The notes under the pieces were generated by a model that searched no databases, was not told the DNA's origin, and was given only the letters and a program-made list of their open reading frames with translations. A DNA stretch of 64,000 nucleotides from Patescibacteria group bacterium (lineage in GTDB: Bacteria; Patescibacteriota; Gracilibacteria; UBA4473). The translations under genes and the position numbers were made by a program. The stretch is taken from positions 160,001-224,000 of the forward strand of contig CBFIAK010000001.1 of assembly GCA_965660445.1 (NCBI GenBank), written 5' to 3'. Every line of letters starts with the position of its first letter. The first letter of the stretch is position 1. This document shows positions 51,680 to 60,800 of the stretch, piece after piece.

Positions 51680-51870
51680 TTTTGTGGTAAAAAGCTACAG
51701 AAGTCTAATTTTCTTCTCAAAAAAGTCAAGCAAGAGAAGTATTGTGATTTTTTTGAAAACGATACATTCGTATTCCTTTATAAGGACGCTAGTGATTTCT
51801 TTGAATAATCACTATTTTATGCATAAATCGAGAAAATTTAGTTTTTTTGCAAGAGGGTGAGAATCTCTTT

Positions 51871-51898
51871 TTGACCTTTCTCTAAAAAATTATATGAT
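51871..51898 (+). promoter_or_regulatory. Promoter of the RAYT gene (near-leaderless)
   Basis: TTGACC-16 bp-TATGAT, 8 nt before the ATG. Confidence 0.55.
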
Positions 51899-51906
51899 TT
51901 TTATGT

Positions 51907-52503
51907 ATGGGATATAGATCTGTTCCTTTTCAAACAAATACGTACTACCATATTTATAATAGGGGGTGGAATAAGCAGCGTGTTTTTTTTGATAAAAATG
52001 ATTATAATCATTTTTTTGATCTTATTACGAAATATAGAAAAAAAGAACAATTTCAGAACATTGTTTTTATAGCATATTGTTTTTTACCAAACCATTTTCA
52101 TTTCATTCTTAAGGAAGAAGTAAAAACGAATGAATCTGTTGAGAACAAAGAAATTTTGCATTCAGGAGAAGAAACAAAAAATATATCTGAATTTATGCGA
52201 TATTTATTGGTTTCGTATGCAATGTATTTCAATAAACGGCATGGAGAAGAAGTAAAACCTGAAAAAAAAGCACCTGTATTTGAAGGAAGATTTCAGTCTC
52301 GTATTATTGGCCATGAAGATTATCTGAACTATGTGCATACCTATGTCGAGTATAACGCTATAAAGCACGGGCTAGTAGAACGACCAGAAGACTGGCCGTA
52401 TTCAAGTTTTCAGTTTCGGAAACACCAAACAGAAACAGATGAATTATTTCAGGATATCCTTGATAAAATGAACAGAGATGTTTTTGATCCAGGATTCATA
52501 TAG
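51907..52503 (+). mobile_element. REP-associated tyrosine transposase (RAYT/TnpA-REP; Y1 HUH family)
   Basis: YYHIYNRG, AYCFLPNHFHF (HUH), VFEGRF, YVEYNAIKHGLV-x-PEDWPYSS (catalytic Tyr region); no tnpB; palindromic repeats start 42 bp downstream. Confidence 0.9.
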
Positions 52504-52544
52504 GTAACTTGACTTCTCTTTTTGAAGATGTGTTATTTTATTAC

Positions 52545-53630
52545 AATGGAGACCGGTCTCCATTATGTGTAGATATAGATTCAAAAAAATATTCTAAAAA
52601 AACAAAACCGCATATTTAAGTCAAAAGTTGGAGACCGGTCTCCAACTTATTGGGATTCAGGTTGAGAAATAAGGAACAATCATAAGGCTGTGCACAGTCT
52701 TGTGATTTTTGTGATTCCTGCGATTTATTCTAGATTCTAGATTCTGGGTTCAGGATTCCATGTAGCTCCTGCGCTTCCCCATAATTCATGATTCTTGCTT
52801 TATAATTCTGAAGTGAGAAAAACTTTCTCACTTTACTGCACTTCCTCTGTCTTTCTGTTTGTCATTTTTTGACCACCAAAAAAGAACGAAAAAAGGTGGG
52901 CGACGGTTCTCTATACATGGGAATGAAATGATTCATCAGTGGGAAGCTCTGAACTCCAATTTTTTCATAAATTTAGAATCACAAAAGAAGAGAAAAATTG
53001 TCAGACAGCAGAGCTTCATTATTCCACTGCTTTCATCAATCATTCGCATGTCTTTCGAAAGTCGCGAAAAAAGGAACAGATTAGAATACGGAATCTTGAA
53101 TCTAGAATCTTGTTTCCATCACAAAAATCACAAGGCTTTGCAAATCCTTGTGATTCCTGCGCTTCTTGCGATTTTACCAAGATTCAAGATTCCAGATTCT
53201 AGATTCTCATTTAGATTCTAGATTCTATTATTATACAATAACTCTAAAAAAACAAAAAATATTATAGCAAAGCCAAAAGTTGGAGACCGGTCTCCAACTT
53301 TTGGCTTAAATATGGGTTTTTGTGTGTCAAACTCTCAAGTTTCCATTATTTTTCAGTCTATACCTACGAAAAATGGAGACCGGTCTCCATTTTATAAGAA
53401 TTAAGATTGAGATTTAGATTGAGAAATAAGGAACAATTATAAGGCTGTGCACAGTCTTGTGATTCCTGTGCTTCCTGCGATTTATTCGAGATTCCAGATT
53501 CTAGATTCAGGATTCCATGTAGCTCTTGCTCTTCCCCATAATTCCTAATTCATGATTCATACTTCACTATTACTATACAGTAACCCAAAAAAACACACAG
53601 TAAGACCAAGAATACGAGACCTGTCTCGGG
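52545..53630. repeat. RAYT-adjacent mosaic of palindromes, hairpins and heptamer arrays
   Basis: GAGACC(G/T)GTCTC centres at 52554/5, 52636/7, 53288/9 (38-bp perfect palindrome 53270-53307), 53381/2 and 53621/2; 30-bp hairpins at 52678, 53126 and 53435; (T/A)AGATTC arrays. Confidence 0.92.
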
Positions 53631-53637
53631 GGGGGCT

Positions 53638-54669
53638 TTATCGTTTTATTTTTTCTTCGATATCACCAATACTCGCTTGTCCGCATTGGGCCCCAAATTT
53701 TTGAATCACAAACCCTGAGCTCCAAGCTCCCCATAACAGTTGTTCATCAACGGGTTTTTCTAAAAGAAGGGATGTGAGTATTCCAACCGAAAACGCGTCT
53801 CCTGCCCCAAGGGTGCTTTCTATCGGTACGTCAGGAGCGCATACGAAAAAATGGTTTCCATCATTATCAAAAAGTTGTGCTCCTCTATTGCTATCAGTAA
53901 TCACCACTTTTCCAACTCCCGCATCAAGGAATTTTTGAGCAATCGAACGCATATCAAAAACATGCTCAGGAATGAAAGGAGGATTTATAGATATGTTTTT
54001 TCCACATATCGATTCATCCAAGTCTTTAAACGAAACTTTTTCAGCTGTTTGTTGTGTAAAATATTCACTCTCTTCTTTATTGAGTATTAGCACATCAATT
54101 ACCGGAAATACTTTTTTAAAATGATCAAATCCGTATTGAAACTGAGTTTTTCCTGGGTTCCACCCAATAAGACTTTTCAGGTTGTTTGTCTTCCATTGCG
54201 GAAGCGCTAACAAAAAATCATCAGATTTATCTGTAAGATGTCCTATATAAAGAGATCTCGTCGATGGAGCATTGAACAGATGCGATGGATTAAAATCTTC
54301 TTTTGGGTTTTTGTAATTCAGAACGCTTCGGTGTCCGTCTTGAGCGTTTAAAATAACCGATAAACTCGATTCGCTTTTTTGAGAAATAGTAATGTGAGAG
54401 GTGTCAACCCCTTCTCTGCCGAGCATGTGTCGGATAGTATGCCCTACCGTGTCATCACCCAAAAACCCAAAAGTCGCCGTGCGCATACCAAACTTTAAAA
54501 ACCCAACACTTGCATTTGCCGATGACCCCCCACAAGATTGAGAAATTTTTTGTAACAATATTTTTTCTCCTACCGGAATGATAAAGTTTTCATTCGTTTC
54601 AAGCGGTGTTTGAGGTGTTACAAACACATCAAGTGTAATGGATCCGAAAGTGAGTACATCGTATGTCAT
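53638..54669 (-). CDS. PfkB/ribokinase-family carbohydrate kinase
   Basis: GSITLD, GGSSAN, WNPG, LNKEE, STLGAGDAF. Start ATG 54669 lies 6 nt after TTGACT-17-TATAAT (54676-54704). Confidence 0.9.
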   Translation of the reverse strand: MTYDVLTFGSITLDVFVTPQTPLETNENFIIPVGEKILLQKISQSCGGSSANASVGFLKFGMRTATFGFLGDDTVGHTIRHMLGREGVDTSHITISQKSESSLSVILNAQDGHRSVLNYKNPKEDFNPSHLFNAPSTRSLYIGHLTDKSDDFLLALPQWKTNNLKSLIGWNPGKTQFQYGFDHFKKVFPVIDVLILNKEESEYFTQQTAEKVSFKDLDESICGKNISINPPFIPEHVFDMRSIAQKFLDAGVGKVVITDSNRGAQLFDNDGNHFFVCAPDVPIESTLGAGDAFSVGILTSLLLEKPVDEQLLWGAWSSGFVIQKFGAQCGQASIGDIEEKIKR

Positions 54670-54743
54670 CCTTGTATTATAAAGAAAAATAAGCAAAAAG
54701 TCAATTTGACGGTGAGAAGATATTTCTTTTAAGATACAAGAGA

Positions 54744-57350
54744 ATGAAAAAAATAATACTTCTCGCTTTTGTCTCTCTTGTGCCTTTCCTCGTGAACGCA
54801 TCAGAACTTGGAGGATTTACCACTCACACCATTAACCCAAGCGTCTTTGATGTTCTTCTTGGAAAAACTGATTTTGGTGGAGATTATGACACAGAAGTCA
54901 GCTCAACTGAGCGTATCACAGCTGAAGAATACGACGGAATCGTACTCAAACTCAAAGCAATCAATGATATTTTGTTTCCTGCTGATTGTGACGACGGTTC
55001 AGTGCTTGTGTGGGATGCAGATGTGTCTTCTTGGGAATGTGGAGCTTCGGAAAGCGGTGGCGGGAGCAGCAGTGACGCATGGATTGTTGATGAAGATAAT
55101 ATGTATGCGAATGTGTCCGGAAATGTTGGAGTGGGAGTTTCTGACCCACTCGCGAAACTTCATGTTGTTTCCGATACAGCAAATCCTATTCGTCTTGAGG
55201 CGGATATTACCAATACTACTGGCTCGACTCAAATTGATATTTTTAATGATGATGCCACTCGTTGGGCATTGGGAGTGAATAGTTCAGCGCATCCAACTCA
55301 TCCTGGTGATGGGTATCTGTGGGGGTACCAAGCAGAAGATTTTCGGTTTGGTGTGCAGGGAACAGAAATACTGAAACTCGGTGCTGATGGAACAATTTCA
55401 ATTCCTTCTTTAGGAGAATGCGGAACTCTTTATACTGATAGTGATGGGGTCCTTACCTGCGGTTCTGGCGGAAGTGGTACCGATGTGGTGTGTAGTGAAG
55501 AAGGTGAAGTTCTGAAATGGATGAATACCGCAGAAGAAGGTGATCCGCAAGTGTATGGATGGGTGTGTGCGGTTGATGAATCATCGTATGCATCTGAAGC
55601 TTTATCACTTGGGTTTTGTGTCGTTTCAGATGGAAATATGCCCAATACTCAATGGATTGCAGGGAGTGGGCCTGTGTTTCGGAAAACTGATGATGAGTCT
55701 GATCCCATGAAACCAGCTCGGTTTTTTCCAGATAAAAATCTTTATGATGGATCGGATTGTGCGTTATCGTGTGCCGATGGATACTCTTGGGATGTCGATA
55801 GAGGATCGTGTGTTCTCCCAAAAAGAATGTGCGGAGAAGGAGAATTCTTAGTTGGGTTTGATGGTATGGGAAATGTTGTGTGTGAATCAGTACGAGAGAT
55901 GACCAGTTATATGACATTTATCGATTCTTTGGGGGCGTGTTCTTCCGTGTCAGATATTCAAGTGATGTGTATGGGGCCTCCAAAAATGCCAATGCCTTAC
56001 CCAAACCCAACACCAGAGTATCCAGACCCCATGCGTGACCCAAGAAACTGTGGAAACCCTCTCGATATTGCGTTTTTTACTCAAGATGATCGAGATTCAA
56101 AAATGTATCGAGTGTTATCTGTAGGCAACGATTGCTGGATGGCTGAAAACCTCAATTTTGATCCGGGAGGGGGGAGTCGGTTGTGTGACCCCGATTCAGG
56201 CGCACCAAATGGGAATTGTACGCTTGGAGGGTTGTATAGTTTTGAAACTATTTTGGGGAATAATGTGAATACGGATGATTTTGATTTTACGTGTGGACAA
56301 AATGGGTGTTATAGAGGAAGCGGAAACCCCAAGTCAGCAGTTGCACCAGTGCGAGGTATTTGTATGCAAGGATGGCATATTCCTACAAAATCTGAGTTTC
56401 AAGGGCTGTCTGGGTATTTACAAACAGAATCGGCAACGGTGGAACGGTTTGGTGTGAATGAAGACGGTGGATATGCTTATTATGATACTATAAATAATCC
56501 TGCGGGGTGGCAGTTTTGGGATTTTTCTGATAAATACTGGGCTGCCTATAGAAACGAATGGACTGATACCAATAATGATAGACTTATTGAGCTTCAGTAT
56601 TTAGAAACAGAAGATGATAATTTTTCATTAGAATCTCTTATGACATCGTTTAGTCAGTTGGGATCGAATGATCCAGATAACTATGCTTATGCACTTCGGT
56701 GTGTCAAAGATCGATCAAATACACAGTATGAATGTAGTGGTACTTTGCCACAAGGGGCTGAGTATTGGGATTGGAGCGACGGACAAACCCCCACGACTCC
56801 AAATGAATCAAAACGGCATATTTTTAATTACGCTGCTAATTATACGCAAGACGCAAACCGGTTTGATTTGCGATGTGATTGGAAATGTAAACACGGAGAA
56901 TATGGGTATTATTACGACTCAAATGTGGGGCAGTGTGTGAGTAATACACCGTTTTGTAATCGACCTGATGATACTGTTTTCTTGGATCCCCAAGGAGAAT
57001 GGAACGATAATGGTGAGTGGCGACGTATGCAACCTGGGATTAATTATACGAATGTACAAACACGGAGTTTATCAGGAACAGGGCAACCATTGAGTTGTCA
57101 GACTCGTTGTTTTGATGGGTATGATCTCACGCAAAACGGGTGCGTGGAACGTCAACCTATGCAAAACCGGTTTGGTTGTGGTTGGTTACCTCCAAACGCT
57201 AACTGGGTTCGTGATGGGCGATATACCACTCCAAATGAGCGACGATGGAAACCGTTTTATGACCCTGATAATGACGACGATGATGCCTGTGCTTATTACT
57301 GTACTGGAAGCACTGAGTTTACTGGGAATAACACATTGGGGTGTCGGTAA
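54744..57350 (+). CDS. Secreted Cys-rich protein with fibre-like segment and FISUMP-like domain
   Basis: Signal peptide; GNVGVGVSDPLAKLHV fibre-type motif; WMAENLNF...GGLYSF...GICMQGWHIPT...LRCVKD; C-x3-C-x2-GY modules. Confidence 0.8.
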   Translation: MKKIILLAFVSLVPFLVNASELGGFTTHTINPSVFDVLLGKTDFGGDYDTEVSSTERITAEEYDGIVLKLKAINDILFPADCDDGSVLVWDADVSSWECGASESGGGSSSDAWIVDEDNMYANVSGNVGVGVSDPLAKLHVVSDTANPIRLEADITNTTGSTQIDIFNDDATRWALGVNSSAHPTHPGDGYLWGYQAEDFRFGVQGTEILKLGADGTISIPSLGECGTLYTDSDGVLTCGSGGSGTDVVCSEEGEVLKWMNTAEEGDPQVYGWVCAVDESSYASEALSLGFCVVSDGNMPNTQWIAGSGPVFRKTDDESDPMKPARFFPDKNLYDGSDCALSCADGYSWDVDRGSCVLPKRMCGEGEFLVGFDGMGNVVCESVREMTSYMTFIDSLGACSSVSDIQVMCMGPPKMPMPYPNPTPEYPDPMRDPRNCGNPLDIAFFTQDDRDSKMYRVLSVGNDCWMAENLNFDPGGGSRLCDPDSGAPNGNCTLGGLYSFETILGNNVNTDDFDFTCGQNGCYRGSGNPKSAVAPVRGICMQGWHIPTKSEFQGLSGYLQTESATVERFGVNEDGGYAYYDTINNPAGWQFWDFSDKYWAAYRNEWTDTNNDRLIELQYLETEDDNFSLESLMTSFSQLGSNDPDNYAYALRCVKDRSNTQYECSGTLPQGAEYWDWSDGQTPTTPNESKRHIFNYAANYTQDANRFDLRCDWKCKHGEYGYYYDSNVGQCVSNTPFCNRPDDTVFLDPQGEWNDNGEWRRMQPGINYTNVQTRSLSGTGQPLSCQTRCFDGYDLTQNGCVERQPMQNRFGCGWLPPNANWVRDGRYTTPNERRWKPFYDPDNDDDDACAYYCTGSTEFTGNNTLGCR

Positions 57351-57397
57351 ATAGGTATACAAAGAAATATTTTTAGGTCATTGCAAGCAAAACAACC

Positions 57398-57436
57398 AAA
57401 AAAAGAGAAAACAGATGTAACGTTTTCTCTTTTTTT
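57398..57436 (+). terminator. Rho-independent terminator
   Basis: AAAAAAGAGAAAAC-loop-GTTTTCTCTTTTTTT. Confidence 0.7.
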
Positions 57437-57472
57437 ACGTTATAGAAACTGGTAATACGTACGAAAAATAAT

Positions 57473-57500
57473 TTGATTTTTTCTGTTTGATTCGTATGAT
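57473..57500 (+). promoter_or_regulatory. Candidate S-layer gene promoter
   Basis: TTGATT-16 bp-TATGAT, about 325 nt upstream of the ATG. Confidence 0.5.
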
Positions 57501-57824
57501 TGCCGAGGTTTGAACAGCTTGTGGCATTCTGGCTTAACTCCTGTTCCGCTTCATGCGCAAAAAGATCTCAGCTCTTTGACACAGACGACAAAAAGAAAAA
57601 GCTTGTGTTTCAGTATAGACATCTTCGAAAGAAGACGAAAGAAACAACACACACTTTTTTTAGAAAAAGCATGCAGATGTATCAGATGGTATTTCCAGTT
57701 GTTATTGCACGCTTCATCACAAAGAACGAGAAAGACAGAAAAAAACAAATCAGACATTTTAAGAACGAGATACTCCAAATATATATATCGCTTTTTCTTT
57801 ATTATTTTTTAATTACTACTAAAA

Positions 57825-60800
57825 ATGGGATTCTTTACGAATATTAAACAAGGAATTGCATCAGTAGCATTAGGAGCTATGGCATTTGCGGTTTTACCGT
57901 TGAACGCACAAGCACAACTTATGTTCTCTGATGTAATGGAAATTCCTTCTTGGTCTGTGGAAGCTATTGAAGAGCTTATGGATCAAGGAGTGATTAGTGG
58001 GAACGACGATGGATCTTTTGCACCAAATCGACAATTAAATCGAGCAGAAGTTTCAAAAATTATCGTTCTTGCGACTGGTCTTCCAATTGACACATCAGGA
58101 GGTTCTGCCTTTCCAGATGTAACAGAAGGAGATTGGTTTTATGACTACGTTGTAACAATGTATAACTACGGGTACATCAATGGATACCCTGATGGACTTT
58201 TCCGACCAGGTGTTGGGATCAACCGAGCTGAAATGGCTAAAATGGTTGTGAACGCATTTGAATTGGATCAAGACCTTTCAGGAGCTCCTCATTTTGGAGA
58301 CGTATCATCAAGTGATTGGTTTTACGGATTCGTTGAAACAGCATACAACGCAGGTCTTATGCGAGGATACGGTGATGGTTCATTCGGACCAGCAAACGCT
58401 GTAACTCGTGCTGAAACTGTAAAAATTGTATACGATGCTCAGTTAGCAGTTATGGCTCCAGTTGGACCAGCTGACGGAACATTGGAAGTGGCTTTGTCTA
58501 TGGACACACCACGAGGAACAAACATTCCTTACAACGCAACTTCAGTGCCATTCTTGACTGTTGAAATGACTGCATCTGATGATAGTGATGTAGAAGTTTC
58601 TTCTATGACTTTCACTCGACTTGGTTTGGGTGACAACGACGATTTCAAAAAGGTATGGCTTGAAATTGACGGGTTCAAAATCGGAAACGATAAATCAGTA
58701 AACAATGCTGACATCGCAGAACTTCGGTTTAATCCTCCAATCGTTATTCCAGCTGGAATGACATTGATGGCTGACTTGGTAGCATCTACTAAGTTCACTG
58801 GTGATGATCAAAATGTTGGTCATTACAACCGATTTGCTGTTGTATCAGCACAAGACATTGTATCTTCTGCATTAAATGTTGTAGGAGACTTCCCAATTGA
58901 AGGGGAAGAAATGCAAGTAACATCATACGAAGTTTCACAACTTCGATTCAGCGCTTTGGGATCAGACACGACTATTGAAGTTGGAAACAGCTTTGTAGAA
59001 GTTGGTAAATTCCGAATCTTAAACGGTTCGAATACAAACAAAGACGTTGAGCTTCGAGCTATTACCTTCAAAAACGATGGTACAGCTGAAGTAGCTGATG
59101 CATTTGAAAACTTGTCATTGTATGTTTCAGGAGAACAAATTTCAGCTGAAACAATCATTGACGGAGACTACGTTACATTCCGACTCGATAACGGTATCAC
59201 TGGTGGATACGTTGTAGAAGACGGAGACAGCCGAATTTTCTCTATTCGAGCTGATGTAGTTTCTGCTGAACGAAACGACACAATCAACTTCAAAGTTGAT
59301 AACTATGAAGACATTGTAGGTGTTGAAATCGGAACAGCATTTGGTGTTCGAGCAGTAGCTGGAGACGCAGGACGATCTTTAAGCACTTCAAATAACGCTC
59401 AAACAACAGCAACATCTCCGGCTTGTGTGGCAGGAACAAACGTTGCTGAAGACAACTGTGCACGTTTATACATGTACAGCGTTGATTCAGGAGACTTGAA
59501 CGTTTCTCGAGACCCAGCGTCTTTAGGAAACCAAGAATACGCTCCAGGATCAAACGATGTTGTGTTTATGACGGCACGATTGGTAGTTGACCAACCGCTT
59601 TTGGCTGATGGAGTAAACCTTTACATCGCTTCAGGATCTACGGTTGACGGAGACGACAAATTGACTGAATTCAACAACCGATTCGATAACTTCCGATTGT
59701 ACTTAAACGATCGAATGATCGATAGTGAAAACGATTTCGTAGGTGATACTGATTGTACAGTTACGGCAACGTCATGTTACCTTGAATTCGATACAACATT
59801 CGAAATCGCAGGAACATCTATCTTGAAATTGGTTGGGAATATTACACAAAACGCTGAAGACGACGATCAAATCAAATTGAGCGTTTCAGCAACAAACTTC
59901 TCTTCAGTAGAATACATTTCTACAGGAGACCAAGTGTCTACATCTCAATTATTGGGATCAGCAACGTCTTCATTTGTTCAAGTACAACAATCAAGCTTGG
60001 TTATTTCTCGAACAGATGGTCTTCCATCTGGGCAAGAGCTTGTAGCAGGGGTTGATGACATGACATTCTTAGGGTTCGTTTTGGATAACAACGATTCAGG
60101 AGATGTAAATGTAACATCAATCACTATTGCAGCTGATACAGATGCCAATACCACTAATGCTGGTGACGGAGTTTCTGGTTCGGCTCGAACATACTCTAAC
60201 TTTACAGGAGCAATCTTTGTAGACGGAGTACAACAAGGTTCTGCGAAAAACTTTACCTCTACTGGTTCAGCTACTTTCAACGACCTTTCAACTGTGATTC
60301 CTTCGGCTTCACAAAAAGAATTCACTCTTGTAATTGATACAATTGAGGCTTCTGCAACTGATATTGCAACAACTATTAGCGATGCTGGTGGTGCTGTAGC
60401 AGAATCAGGAGTAGCTACATGGACTGTAACAAGTACAACTGGTATGACTGTTGGTGACCTTTTGGTTGTAACTGATGGTACAAATACTGATGTACGAGCT
60501 ATTACAGCAATTGTAGATGCTGATAGTGTGACTGTGGATTCTGCAGCTGGTAATAACTATGCAGCAGGAGATACAGTAACTATTCGACACCAAATCAAAT
60601 TCGACGTTAGTGACGTTGATGCTGATAACGTTGAAAACGGACAATCAGTTGAAATTACACCAACTTCTATTGATGGGAATCTTTTCGTTCTTGTTGATTC
60701 AGGAAGCTTAACTGTAAGTATGGGTTCAACTGTGTTCTCAGATATTATCGTTGCTGGTCAAAAAGAAGTTGAAATTGGACGAATCCGATTCAACGCTTCA

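Noticed and set aside
51907-52503. Autonomous IS200/IS605 element with TnpB/IscB
   Set aside because: No accessory nuclease ORF; the YHIYNRG and W-x-YSS motifs and the repeat context fit RAYT better.
52859-53221. ORFs 52859-53221, 52939-53202, 16636-16947, 51597-51860 and 57500-57847
   Set aside because: They translate repeats, the tRNA antisense strand or leader DNA, with no protein-like motifs.
52545-53630. CRISPR array
   Set aside because: Repeats come in doublets with conserved rather than unique linkers, in mixed orientation, and there are no cas genes.
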